Notes: generated by a model from the letters alone, not told the origin. Numbered from the stretch's first letter, positions 55,097 to 64,000 are shown. The stretch is DNA of 64,000 nucleotides from a bacterium (GCA_043801585.1 JAZDLX010000184.1:10811-74810), one strand, 5' to 3'. A program made the numbers and translations.

Positions 55097-55907
55097 GTCG
55101 TGCTCTGTGAATCATCATCGCCTCAAGCACGGCTCGTCCCACCGAGCGAGCCTTGTCGGAGATGGATGTGAAATCGACACTCGCTCCACGCGGATCGACG
55201 TCGGCGATTTTGGTTTTCGCCGGGATAAACACACGGGGCGAGATCAGGCCACGGACCATGCCGCGCAACGGAGCGGTGATGTCCTGCTCCTCAACCCGAC
55301 CCAGCAGTTGCCCCTCTTCTACAAGGTCGCCGAATTTCACTGACCACACTACCTTGCCCTGCACAGGAGAATAGACCACCCGACGGGCCGTTTCGCCTCC
55401 GATATTTCCCGGAACACCCGTATCCGCGCTCGCCGATCCTTCCCAGATGATCCTGCCGAGATTGTGGCCGCGCATGGTCTCGATCACACAATCACAACTC
55501 GTGCCCGCGGCAAAGCCGGGGCCGACTCCGACTGTGAAAGGCGCAAGGGATCGCAGCTCGGAATCGTCACGTTTGCGCATCCGGGCATCCACAACGGCAT
55601 TCGGTTGCAACTCGCGGATTCGGGTTGGATCATCCAGCACAAGCGGCATTTCGCCGGAACCCAGGAGTTCTTCCACGGCTTCCGGTTCGCAGAAGACAGC
55701 CCGGACATCTTCGACCTCCGCCTCCCCCTCGAAAACGGCGTCACTGAACGTGACCGTTCGACGGATCGCCAGGGGTTCGGGCAATTCGCTGAGCCAGACG
55801 TGAAAGCCGGAGCGGTGAAGGCTCACCCCGACAGCGCTGGCAAGTTCGCCCGCACCGCGCACCCAGACACGAAAAGGCCTACCCACGTTGCCGTTCCAGG
55901 AATTCAT
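55089..55907 (-). CDS. yqeB: YqeB-family (C-terminal-half type) selenium-dependent molybdenum hydroxylase system protein
   Basis: The motifs VWVRGAGELASAVGVSLHRSGFHV, PLAIRRTVTFSDAVFEGE, GVGPGFAAGTSCDCVIETMRGHNLG, NTGVPGNIGGETARRV, APLRGMVRGL, DVDPRG and FTSISDKARSVGRAVLEAMM align, as far as I recall it, with the C-terminal half of E. coli YqeB. An HMM check is needed. Confidence 0.65.
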   Translation of the reverse strand: MNSWNGNVGRPFRVWVRGAGELASAVGVSLHRSGFHVWLSELPEPLAIRRTVTFSDAVFEGEAEVEDVRAVFCEPEAVEELLGSGEMPLVLDDPTRIRELQPNAVVDARMRKRDDSELRSLAPFTVGVGPGFAAGTSCDCVIETMRGHNLGRIIWEGSASADTGVPGNIGGETARRVVYSPVQGKVVWSVKFGDLVEEGQLLGRVEEQDITAPLRGMVRGLISPRVFIPAKTKIADVDPRGASVDFTSISDKARSVGRAVLEAMMIHRARHG

Positions 55908-56463
55908 CCATATCGAGCACGACCCCCTCGTCCTTTACCGGCATCAACACTGTTTCAGAGCGGTGTTTTTCACGCACCTCACGGCCTCCCGTTTCCCCCT
56001 GTGCACTCATCAGTTCGTCAAGAAGCGATATGTGAAAGAAGATAGGATGTCCTGCTTGATCGTTATGCGACGGCGCCAGAATCAGGGGAGTCTTCTTTTC
56101 GAGAACGGAGAGGAGTGTAGTGAGGGTCTCCCGGCGGATGAACGGTTTGTCGGCAAGACTGATGCCGCAATAATCGTAACTGCCGCCCACTGCGTTCAAT
56201 CCCGCCTTCATCGATGAAGCCATCCCGGAGGAATAATCGGGATTGTGAACATAGCGTACTTCCTTGATCTCCGCCCCTTCGACGACGTTGCGAACCTCAT
56301 CTTCCTGATGACCAAGGACGACGAACAGATCGATTCCCATTCCCTGAAAAACGGAGAGGGCTCTCACGATCACCGGGACACCATCGAGATCGAGCAGCAG
56401 CTTGTTCGGAGGATGGCGCAGGGAGAGGCCGGCGGCGGGTACGATCATCGCAACTCGGATCAT
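55879..56463 (-). CDS. mocA: MobA/MocA-like molybdenum cofactor nucleotidyltransferase
   Basis: MIVPAAGLSLRHPPNKLLLDLDGVPVI is the NTP-transferase N-terminal motif, in a ~195-aa protein. I chose the start at the ATGA overlap with the yqeC stop (56460-56463); the ORF-track start is 56481. Confidence 0.72.
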   Translation of the reverse strand: MIRVAMIVPAAGLSLRHPPNKLLLDLDGVPVIVRALSVFQGMGIDLFVVLGHQEDEVRNVVEGAEIKEVRYVHNPDYSSGMASSMKAGLNAVGGSYDYCGISLADKPFIRRETLTTLLSVLEKKTPLILAPSHNDQAGHPIFFHISLLDELMSAQGETGGREVREKHRSETVLMPVKDEGVVLDMDEFLERQRG

Positions 56464-57203
56464 CGACTCACCCTCCGGCAAACGCCTTTCACCACGCTTC
56501 CCATGAAAACGGGACCGATTCCACGGCGCACGATGGCATCCGCAAGCCGCTGCGCCTGCTCCGGGTAGTCGTCCGCCTTGTTAACGAAATAGACTGGCTG
56601 CATTCGTTCGGGGACCTTCGAAAGGTAGCCTTTGCGGGTGGTGACGACTTGCGCAATGAATGCGGCGTCGAGGGGAGTTTCGGGATCAACTCCCCACCAC
56701 TCCGCAAACCTTTCCGGCCTGTGGATGCGCCCCCCTGAAAGGGATTGATCCACCGCATCGGCACCAACCAGAATAATCACATGGGTTGCAAAATCGGGAA
56801 CGACCGGGTCACGGTCATTGTGCACCTTGAGCGGCAGGTTCCGCGCCCCATCGCATTCGAAAACGCACAGATCAGCTTGATCGGCGAGCTGTGCAACGAC
56901 TGCTTCCGGCACACCCTCCAGCTTGTGCTCGTTGATCGCCCGGTTCATCACGCAGACTGGGTTGTGTTCCACAAAATGAGGAGCTAATCCAGCATCGCCG
57001 AGATCAGAAAGAAAAAGTACCCTCGATCCATGATCGCGTGCGGACAGGGTGAGCGAAGTCAGCAGTACTCGGGGAAAGACCTCGGAGTATTCCTGCCCCA
57101 ACCTGCGCAGCATGCTCGTTTTTCCTCCGCCTCCCAGCAAAGCAATGCAAGCCCCTCGTGCTTCAAGGGGCTGGGCGCTGATCATCTCGGTGAAACATGC
57201 CAT
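56460..57203 (-). CDS. yqeC: YqeC-family putative selenium-dependent hydroxylase accessory protein
   Basis: It has the P-loop-like CIALLGGGGKTSML near the N-terminus, is ~247 aa, and sits between the Mo subunit and mocA. I chose the start at Met 57203 to avoid a 73-nt overlap with the upstream gene. Confidence 0.6.
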   Translation of the reverse strand: MACFTEMISAQPLEARGACIALLGGGGKTSMLRRLGQEYSEVFPRVLLTSLTLSARDHGSRVLFLSDLGDAGLAPHFVEHNPVCVMNRAINEHKLEGVPEAVVAQLADQADLCVFECDGARNLPLKVHNDRDPVVPDFATHVIILVGADAVDQSLSGGRIHRPERFAEWWGVDPETPLDAAFIAQVVTTRKGYLSKVPERMQPVYFVNKADDYPEQAQRLADAIVRRGIGPVFMGSVVKGVCRRVSR

Positions 57204-57208
57204 GAATA

Positions 57209-59557
57209 TCACTTCCGGCCGGAGAGCTGCCGCAGAATCTCCTCGGGGGAGACGGGTGAGTGATGCAGGCGGACTCCGCAAGCGTTGTAGATCGCGTTGA
57301 TAACAGCCGGTGCGGGAGCGTTGATCGGAATCTCTCCGACCGCCTTTGCACCGAACGGTCCGGAGGGTTCGTTTGAATCGATGAACTTTGCAACGATCTC
57401 GGGCATGTCCGGTGCGGCATAGATGTGGTACTGGTTGAAATCAAGGTTGACCGGGGCGCCGTTCTCGTCGAAGGCCATGTGTTCGGTCAGAGCCATTCCC
57501 AGCGACTGGGGAACCGCCCCCTCAGCCTGGCCTTCCGCCATCGGAGGGTTGACCACCTGCCCCGCTTCGGTGACGGAAACAATTTTGTTCACTCGAACGA
57601 GCCCGGTCTCGGTGTCCACCGAAACGTCCGCAAAGGTGGCGTTGAAGGGAACCGGAGAATCGTAGCTCATGTGCGAGGCACTGCCCATGATCTGGATCTG
57701 ATTGTCCGTGTACATGGACTTCGTGCAGATTTCCTCGAAGGTGACGCTGCTGCCGTCCTTCGCGACAACCTTGCCATCGCTAACTTCCGCATCCTCAACG
57801 CCGAGCAAACGTTTCCCCTGCTCGAGGATCTGACGCTTCACCTCCTCGGCGGCTTTCTTGACCGCTCCCCCCGAGATGTACGTGGTGCTCGAAGCGTAGG
57901 CCCCGGTGTCAAAAGGCGTGATATCCGTGTCCGAGCTGTAGACGATGAATTTTTCCACGGGGACTTCCAGCACCTCCGCGGCAATCTGGGCCAGTGCGGT
58001 GTCCGATCCGGTGCCGAGATCCGTGGCGCCCGCGTGCAGATTGAAGCTGCCATCCTCATTCATCTTGATGAACACCGCCCCCATGTCCACACCCGCGATG
58101 CCGGAGCCCTGGGCTGTCGCCGCGACACCGACTCCGCGTTTGACCACACCCTCTTTCTCTTCGACACGGAGACGGTCCCAGTCGATTTCACGTCTGCCGA
58201 TCTCGAGACATTCATCCAAACCCTCGGAGGCGAGCACCACCGGGAATCCCTCTCGCCCTTCGCCGAGGACTTTGGCGATAGGCACTTCGTCCCCGATATG
58301 CCGATGGTTCCTTCGCCGCAGCTCGATGGGATCGATGCCAAGTTTATCGGCGATCTCGTCAACGAGAATTTCCAGCCCGAAAAAACCCTGGGGCGAACCG
58401 TACCCGCGATAGGCCCCGGCGACGAAAAGATTCGTGTAAACGGCGTCGCCCACAACGCGCACGTTCGGGCTGCGGTAAAGTGTCAATGATTTCTGAGCTG
58501 TCACGGACATCACGGTCAGCGCGTGCGCTCCATAGGCGCCGGTGTTCTCGAGGATGTTCATGTCGATGGCGTTGAAGGTGGCATCCTCGTTCACACCGAT
58601 CCGGAAATGGACGATCTGCGGGTGGCGGCTGCGCGCGGCGTACAGTTCCTCCGCCCTTGTCATCTGGAGGCGGGCAGGACGTCCCGTTTTCAACGTCACC
58701 GCCGCGCAGAGTTCCTCCCCGAGGATCTCCTGTTTCGCACCAAACCCTCCACCGATCCGGGGCTTGATCACACGAATCCTGCCCACCGGAAGACCCAGAA
58801 CTTCCGCAACGATCCGGCGCACATGGAAAGGCACCTGGGTAGCTGTACGGATGACGATTCGGTCCCTTTCATCCAGCCAACTCAGGGTGATATGCGGTTC
58901 AATGTGGGCCTGTTGCACATAGGGCGTAGAATAGGTTCCCTCGAAAATCTGTGCGCTTTCCTTCAACCCCTTCTCAACATCGCCCACCGATGCGTCAATG
59001 TGCGCGGCGATGTTCCGCTTGGGATCGTGAATGCCCACTGTTTCCTCTTCCGGATGCAGCGGGAGCTCGAATTCCATCGCTTTTTGCGGATCGAAATTCG
59101 CTGGCAGGATTTCGTACTCCACAACGATGAGCTCGAGCGCCTCCTCCGCGATCTCCACCGTTTCCGCGGCGACGAGAGCCACCCGGTCCCCAACATGACG
59201 CAGGTGTTGTTCAAGAATACGGACATCGCGAGGAGATGGTTCCGGAAACCCCTGTCCGGCGGTAGTGTAGAAATGAGGCGCAAAATCCTCGTGGGTGTAC
59301 ACGGCGACGACGCCTGGCAACGCTTTTGCACGCGAGGTGTCGATCTTCTTAACCAAAGCGTGAGCGTGCGGGCTGCGGAGCACCTTCAGGTGCAGCATAT
59401 CCGGCAACGTCATATCGTCCGTGAACACGGCACGACCTTTCACCAGTTCACGACCATCCAGCCGGACTGTCGGTTTTCCCACGTATTTCACGTTGCACTC
59501 TCCATCCGTACAGCACGAAAAGCTGCGTTTCGACGCGCATTCCAAAACTGACATCAA
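57209..59557 (-). CDS. Xanthine-dehydrogenase-family molybdopterin-binding (large) subunit
   Basis: 782 aa. Motifs are YVGKPTVRLDGRELVKGRAVFTDD and RIGGGFGAKQE, followed by the long aldehyde-oxidase/xanthine-dehydrogenase a/b-hammerhead and Mo-binding regions. Confidence 0.9.
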   Translation of the reverse strand: MMSVLECASKRSFSCCTDGECNVKYVGKPTVRLDGRELVKGRAVFTDDMTLPDMLHLKVLRSPHAHALVKKIDTSRAKALPGVVAVYTHEDFAPHFYTTAGQGFPEPSPRDVRILEQHLRHVGDRVALVAAETVEIAEEALELIVVEYEILPANFDPQKAMEFELPLHPEEETVGIHDPKRNIAAHIDASVGDVEKGLKESAQIFEGTYSTPYVQQAHIEPHITLSWLDERDRIVIRTATQVPFHVRRIVAEVLGLPVGRIRVIKPRIGGGFGAKQEILGEELCAAVTLKTGRPARLQMTRAEELYAARSRHPQIVHFRIGVNEDATFNAIDMNILENTGAYGAHALTVMSVTAQKSLTLYRSPNVRVVGDAVYTNLFVAGAYRGYGSPQGFFGLEILVDEIADKLGIDPIELRRRNHRHIGDEVPIAKVLGEGREGFPVVLASEGLDECLEIGRREIDWDRLRVEEKEGVVKRGVGVAATAQGSGIAGVDMGAVFIKMNEDGSFNLHAGATDLGTGSDTALAQIAAEVLEVPVEKFIVYSSDTDITPFDTGAYASSTTYISGGAVKKAAEEVKRQILEQGKRLLGVEDAEVSDGKVVAKDGSSVTFEEICTKSMYTDNQIQIMGSASHMSYDSPVPFNATFADVSVDTETGLVRVNKIVSVTEAGQVVNPPMAEGQAEGAVPQSLGMALTEHMAFDENGAPVNLDFNQYHIYAAPDMPEIVAKFIDSNEPSGPFGAKAVGEIPINAPAPAVINAIYNACGVRLHHSPVSPEEILRQLSGRK

Positions 59558-59562
59558 GACCG

Positions 59563-60015
59563 CTATTTCTTGAACACCACCCTCGCCGCCTCAACAGGTT
59601 TCACATACCCGGTGCATCTGCACAGGTTGCCCGAAAGGGCATCCCGAATTTGCGTTTCATCGGGTTTCGGAGTGCGGCGTGAAAGTGCTTCCAGCGAAAC
59701 GATCATCCCCGGTGTACAGTAACCGCACTGCACAGCGCCCACTTCCAGAAACGCATCCTGCAATGCAGGCACTTTCCCCTTTTCTTCGAGTCCCTCAAGC
59801 GTCTCAATCCTGCACCCCCCAAGGACTCCTACGAGCAGCAGACAGGAATTCATTGCCAGGTCATCGACGAGGACGGTGCAGGAGCCGCATTCACCATGGT
59901 CGCATCCGCGCTTGACGCTGTACAGGCCCCTTACACGGAGGAATTCCAGCAGTGTCGTACCCGGATCCACATCCGCAGTGACAAGCCTGCCATTGAGTTC
60001 GAACGAAACCTTCAC
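59563..60015 (-). CDS. [2Fe-2S]-binding small subunit of the molybdenum hydroxylase
   Basis: 150 aa. It has two cluster motifs: CDHGECGSCTV (plant-type) and CGYCTPG ... NLCRCTGY. Confidence 0.93.
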   Translation of the reverse strand: MKVSFELNGRLVTADVDPGTTLLEFLRVRGLYSVKRGCDHGECGSCTVLVDDLAMNSCLLLVGVLGGCRIETLEGLEEKGKVPALQDAFLEVGAVQCGYCTPGMIVSLEALSRRTPKPDETQIRDALSGNLCRCTGYVKPVEAARVVFKK

Positions 60016-60758
60016 AACCGTTCCCCCATGCGTTTCAACATCACGCCAAGCACCTGCTGTTTGTACTCCCGGGATCCGTAATGATCCGAGATCAACCGGT
60101 CGCTCGCCTCAGCAACAGCCTTTTCGATCTCATCGGCGTGCATGGCGTGAGGAAGGACCATCGATGTCACGCCGTTGATCCGTCCGCCGATGGATACGCA
60201 CATCCACCGTTTTTCCCGCACTCCGGCAGCGATCAGGAATGCCGGAGCGGAATCGAGCAGCGCCAACCGCTCAAGGACTAGGGGTATTCTCGGAACGATG
60301 ACCGTGCAGATGATTCCATCACCCTCCCACGTCCGCAATGGCACCGTCTCAATTTTTCCCCGGACAATTTCCAGTTGGGCATCGAGGGCGTACAACGCAA
60401 CGTAGAGCTCGGAATTGGTCCGCTGCTGCCCGATTTCACCGCCAAGCGTCCGCTGGTTCCGGATCTGTTTCGATGAGCACGAACGCAATACCGCGAGCGG
60501 CCAGTCTCCGCACGGCCCCTCGCTCTGGTCGATCAGCATTTGCAGCGTCAACCCGGCTCCAAGATGAACCTGCTTGCCGTCATCCATGACACTCTGGGGA
60601 AGCAGGTGCCGGATCGGAATCAGCGTTCGCACTTCACGCGGTTGAAGTGACGTCAGATAGCTTCCTCCGCCGAGTAGTGCGTGCCCCTCCTTCCGAGAAT
60701 GCTTGTACGCCTCTTCGAGGGTATCCGGTTTGACGATCTCTTCAATCGACGACCACAC
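60012..60758 (-). CDS. ygfM: FAD-binding subunit of the molybdenum hydroxylase (short, YgfM-like)
   Basis: 248 aa. It has FAD_binding_5-type motifs (ALLGGGSYL, IRNQRTLGGEIG) and lacks the C-terminal CO-dehydrogenase flavoprotein domain, like E. coli YgfM. 4-nt overlap with the Fe-S subunit. Confidence 0.78.
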   Translation of the reverse strand: MWSSIEEIVKPDTLEEAYKHSRKEGHALLGGGSYLTSLQPREVRTLIPIRHLLPQSVMDDGKQVHLGAGLTLQMLIDQSEGPCGDWPLAVLRSCSSKQIRNQRTLGGEIGQQRTNSELYVALYALDAQLEIVRGKIETVPLRTWEGDGIICTVIVPRIPLVLERLALLDSAPAFLIAAGVREKRWMCVSIGGRINGVTSMVLPHAMHADEIEKAVAEASDRLISDHYGSREYKQQVLGVMLKRMGERL

Positions 60759-60811
60759 GGCTTGCCATCTCCTTTCACATCACGACTCGATCAAATCCTT
60801 TGGACGATCCT

Positions 60812-62212
60812 TCAGTCCTGAACACGCGCGAGAAAATCAATGCCGCTGTTTTTCCCCGCATGGCGAAGCATCTCATCGGCAATCTGGTTATGACGCTGCA
60901 CGAGGGCGCGCTCGTCAACATCACTCCTGCCCCGGCGTATCCGAATTTCCCCCTCGACGATCAACCAGTCAACCGGGGACATTCTCACTGAGAAGACCAG
61001 CGCGGCCAGCGGATCGGACATCCCTCCGGCGTACTCGATACCCTGCACGTTGAACAAAGCCAGATCCGCACGTTTGCCGGCCACGAGCTGACCAATATCA
61101 CTTCGTCCCAACGCCTCCGCTCCACCGCGCGTGGCAATGCGCAATACGTCACGGGCGGTCAGCCAATAGTCACGTTCGCGCAGGCGTGAGATCATCATTG
61201 CGTTGCGAGCGCCGGTCAACAGGTTGCTGGAGTCATTGGACGCCGATCCATCCACCCCGAGTCCCACAGCGACTCCCGCATCGAGCATTTCCCGCACCCG
61301 TGCGATGCCCGACCCGAGACGCATGTTGGAATCCGGACAATGCGCCACACCCGCGTGCACCTCTCCCATCCGTAGAATTTCGTCATCGTTAAGATGAACT
61401 GCGTGAGCGTGCCAGGTGTTGCTGTCGATCCACCCCAGCGAATCAAGGTACTCCACCGGCCGTTTCCCATAGGTCTTGAGGCAGAATGTTTCCTCGTCGA
61501 GAGTCTCGGCCGTATGGGTATGAACCCGCAGGCCGTTTGCCCTGGCGAAATCGGCCGTGTTTTTCAGCTGCTGCGACGTCACCGAAAACGGAGAACAGGG
61601 CGCCAGGGAGATGCGAACCATCGACCCCTCGGATTCGTCATGGTACTGCTTCAGCAGCCGCTCCGTATCCAGAAGAATTTCCTCTTCGGACTGGACAACA
61701 TCATCGGGCGGGAGTCCGCCCTGCGATTTCCCCAGGGTCATCGACCCGCGTGTCGGCTGAAAGCGCAGGCCAAGCAAGTGAGCGGAGGCTATTTCCGCGT
61801 CGATCAGGGTCTTCTCGGCACGGTGAGGAAATAGGTAGAGATGATCGGAGCTGGTGGTTACCCCAGACTTCATCATCTCGAGCAGCGCGGTTGTCGCGCT
61901 GACCCGGACCGCTTCACCGGTAAGCTCCCGCCACACCTCGTAATGGTTCACCAGCCAGTCGAAGAGGGACGCATCCTGCATCCGGGGAATGTTGCGGGTC
62001 AGGGATTGATAGAGATGATGATGGGTGTTCACCAGGCCGGGAATCACCACCATTCCGTCGGCAGCGATGATTTCATCGGCAGCGACATCCAGAGGGTTCG
62101 CACCGATGGAGGAAATGACCCCGTTCTCGACCAGGATATGCCCGCCGGAAAATTCCGTACCGGCGTCGTCCATCGTGGCGACGTGGAGAGGATTTTGAAT
62201 CAGGATACTCAT
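60812..62212 (-). CDS. Metal-dependent amidohydrolase, purine/pterin deaminase-like (8-oxoguanine deaminase / SsnA-related)
   Basis: 466 aa. Motifs are PGLVNTHHHLYQS (the HxH metal site), HTHTAET, HAVHL and GLGVDGSASND. It occupies the position that ssnA holds in the E. coli ygfK-ssnA-ygfM-xdhD cluster. Confidence 0.82.
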   Translation of the reverse strand: MSILIQNPLHVATMDDAGTEFSGGHILVENGVISSIGANPLDVAADEIIAADGMVVIPGLVNTHHHLYQSLTRNIPRMQDASLFDWLVNHYEVWRELTGEAVRVSATTALLEMMKSGVTTSSDHLYLFPHRAEKTLIDAEIASAHLLGLRFQPTRGSMTLGKSQGGLPPDDVVQSEEEILLDTERLLKQYHDESEGSMVRISLAPCSPFSVTSQQLKNTADFARANGLRVHTHTAETLDEETFCLKTYGKRPVEYLDSLGWIDSNTWHAHAVHLNDDEILRMGEVHAGVAHCPDSNMRLGSGIARVREMLDAGVAVGLGVDGSASNDSSNLLTGARNAMMISRLRERDYWLTARDVLRIATRGGAEALGRSDIGQLVAGKRADLALFNVQGIEYAGGMSDPLAALVFSVRMSPVDWLIVEGEIRIRRGRSDVDERALVQRHNQIADEMLRHAGKNSGIDFLARVQD

Positions 62213-64000
62213 TGGCGCACCCTCTCGTCGCGGGGCTCACCGAAAAGGTAATGATCCACCAGCGCCCGGTAAAGCACCAACATCTCCGCAGCATGTTGAA
62301 ATTCCGCTCGCTGGACATCGTCACGGTGGAACTGTATTTCTTTGACGAACCCTTCCCTGGGGTCGATCAAGGCTCTTACTGCACTCGTTTCGTATACATA
62401 GCCACCCGATTCCGAAGGATACAAGGTCTCCCGTTCGCCAGCGACCCGGGCGTGAAGAACACCCTCCGAAAAATGGTATCCTGTGGCCGCACTTTCAAAT
62501 TCCGCCTCGTCGAGGTAGAAGCGCGGCTTGTCCGACCAGGGAGCGCCAGAGGTCGGGCAGAAGGTGACACAGTCCCCGCACTCGTTGCAGAAATCCGCGA
62601 CGTTCAGCGTCTGGTGAGTTTGTCCGACACGGAACGTCGAGCCTCCCTCGAGCGCAACGCCGCCGTTCACTCGAACAGCGACCGGCAGCTTGTATTCCAC
62701 CGGTTCCACTTCGTAGGTGAAATTCGCCCGGTTGGGACAGACGGCAACGCAGATGCTGCAATAGTCCGTGCAGTAGAGGCAGCGATCCGCCTCCTCACGC
62801 GCCTGCTGCTCGGTGAGCGTTCCGGTGACAAGTGAGAAATCCGTGGGGATGGTATCGCCACGAGAGTGTTCGATCTGTGTTGTAATCCGGCGAGCCTGCT
62901 TGACCTGGAACTGGGTGTCGCTCATCAGCTTGTCAACGACGAGGGCATCCAGACCGAGTTCCGCATGGGCTCTGCGCTGAATCTCCTCGGCGATCCGGCG
63001 GCCGTCTCCGATCGCCTTGATCAGCGTCGCCGCACCTCGCACCGCATCCCCACCCGCGTATACACCGTCATGCTGGGTCTCGCCGGTCAGCGGATCGACC
63101 TTCAGTTTTTCGTCCGGGAGGAAATCGATCACAACATCCTGGCCCACCGCGGAAATCACAGAGTCCGTCTCAAGCACAAATTGCTTGCCCTCGATGGGTA
63201 TCGGCCGGGGACGACCGCTTGAGTCCGGTTCGCCGAGGGTCATTTTCTGCAGTCGAATGTTCAACGCATTCCCATCACCTTCTACAATTTCGAGGGGCGC
63301 GACGAGTTCCATCAATGTGGCGCCCTCTTCGAGCAATTCGCGGATTTCATCACGGTCGGCGGGCATTTCGCTGCGGGTGCGGCGGTAGGCGACGGTCACC
63401 TCGCCTTTCGTTCCGACGAGACGGCGGGCTGTTCGTGCGGCGTCCATCGCCGAATTTCCCCCGCCGATGATGACCACCCGCTGACCCAGTTCCACCTTGA
63501 GACCGCGGCGTACGCTGGTCAGGAATGTGATCTGGTCCCAGACGCGGTCAAGACCTTCGCCGGGGATGTTCAGCTTCTTGCTCGCCTGAGCGCCTACCCC
63601 GATGAAGATGTAATCGAACTCGTCCCTGAGGCGGTCAAAGAGGGTACGGTCCACCTTCACTCCGGTGTGGACCTTGTGCACCAGTTGTTCGACGCCGGCA
63701 ATGTCCTCGCTGACGGCTTCGCCGGTAAGACGGAATGCGGGAATCGCCCCGGAAACCATCCCCCCCGCCTCTTTTTCGCCTTCGTACAATTCAACCGTAA
63801 ACCCTGCCAAAGCAAGAAAATAGGCACAGGAAAGCCCGCTCGGGCCGGCACCGATCACGGCAACGTTTACACCATTCGCAGGGGCCGGTTTCGGAAGCAC
63901 ACCGTGATGCCCTTCCGCGATGAACCGCTTGATGTCGCGGATGCGCAAGGGGTCATCCATCTGCGACCGCGTGCATTTGAGCTGACAGAGGTGGTCACAG
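62209..64000 (-). CDS. ygfK: YgfK-like NAD(P)H-dependent Fe-S flavoprotein (glutamate-synthase small-subunit-like core plus C-terminal 2x[4Fe-4S]); N-terminus lies beyond the window
   Basis: The frame stays open to nt 64000 (CDHLCQLKCTRSQ precedes the listed Met). It has a dinucleotide-binding motif (VAVIGAGPSGLSCAYFLA) and a second Rossmann motif (VVIIGGGNSAMDAAR). The C-terminal Cys motifs are CLYCTDYCSICVAVCPN and CNECGDCVTFCP. Confidence 0.8.
   Translation of the reverse strand, partial: CDHLCQLKCTRSQMDDPLRIRDIKRFIAEGHHGVLPKPAPANGVNVAVIGAGPSGLSCAYFLALAGFTVELYEGEKEAGGMVSGAIPAFRLTGEAVSEDIAGVEQLVHKVHTGVKVDRTLFDRLRDEFDYIFIGVGAQASKKLNIPGEGLDRVWDQITFLTSVRRGLKVELGQRVVIIGGGNSAMDAARTARRLVGTKGEVTVAYRRTRSEMPADRDEIRELLEEGATLMELVAPLEIVEGDGNALNIRLQKMTLGEPDSSGRPRPIPIEGKQFVLETDSVISAVGQDVVIDFLPDEKLKVDPLTGETQHDGVYAGGDAVRGAATLIKAIGDGRRIAEEIQRRAHAELGLDALVVDKLMSDTQFQVKQARRITTQIEHSRGDTIPTDFSLVTGTLTEQQAREEADRCLYCTDYCSICVAVCPNRANFTYEVEPVEYKLPVAVRVNGGVALEGGSTFRVGQTHQTLNVADFCNECGDCVTFCPTSGAPWSDKPRFYLDEAEFESAATGYHFSEGVLHARVAGERETLYPSESGGYVYETSAVRALIDPREGFVKEIQFHRDDVQRAEFQHAAEMLVLYRALVDHYLFGEPRDERVRQ

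Noticed and set aside
57425-59551. Two ~350-aa plus-strand ORFs (57425..58489 and 58523..59551)
   Set aside because: They are antisense to the molybdopterin subunit, which carries the GGGFGAK motif. Their translations are Arg/His/Asp-rich shadow sequences.
1-64000. Search for rRNA, tRNA, tmRNA, RNase P RNA, CRISPR arrays, transposases, integrases and prophage genes
   Set aside because: None was recognised. The intergenic regions are short except 7406-8206, 23386-23929, 51484-51819 and 53571-54037. None of these shows tRNA cloverleaf ends, direct-repeat arrays or conserved RNase P/tmRNA motifs. This was a by-eye scan only, so small RNAs cannot be excluded.

Overview
This is a densely coded, moderately GC-rich bacterial chromosomal window with about 46 protein genes. 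I saw no rRNA, tRNA, CRISPR array, transposase or phage genes. Three secreted proteins end in a T9SS-type C-terminal sorting domain (VYPNPF... to a hydrophobic C-terminus) and a PorV-like barrel is present, so the source is probably an FCB-group-like organism (Bacteroidota-related or a candidate phylum). Contents, left to right: (1) a 5'-truncated PPi-dependent phosphofructokinase. (2) A minus-strand chemosensory operon, cheA (with a CheV-like C-terminal fusion)-cheW-cheB-cheR. (3) A 0.8-kb non-coding gap. (4) A secreted FGE/SUMF1-domain protein plus a helical lipoprotein. (5) A peptide/nickel-type ABC importer (binding protein, two permeases, fused double ATPase). (6) A small membrane protein plus a PAS hybrid histidine kinase. 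(7) Outer-membrane phospholipase A. (8) ileS. (9) A 14-gene, 14.9-kb aro-trp-tyr super-operon with no intergenic gaps: DAHP synthase, trpE-G-D-(CF)-B-A, aroB, aroD-aroE fusion, aroA, aroK, aroC, chorismate mutase-prephenate dehydrogenase, class IV aminotransferase. It is preceded by a candidate 45-codon leader peptide (WW...WWWYY) and a terminator/antiterminator. (10) A 14-kb minus-strand surface/outer-membrane locus: EEP hydrolase, two very large T9SS cargo proteins, a lipoprotein, a TonB-dependent receptor, a PorV-like barrel and an NHL-type lipoprotein. (11) A cold-shock gene. (12) A minus-strand molybdenum-hydroxylase locus with the YgfK / amidohydrolase / YgfM / YqeC / MocA / YqeB / XdhC accessory set typical of selenium-dependent molybdenum hydroxylases; the window edge truncates the ygfK-like gene. 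All functional calls rest on motifs read by eye from the ORF translations, because no database search or RNA folding could be run. The most interesting items are the aromatic leader-peptide attenuator, the T9SS/TonB surface locus of unknown function, and the selenium-type Mo-hydroxylase locus.
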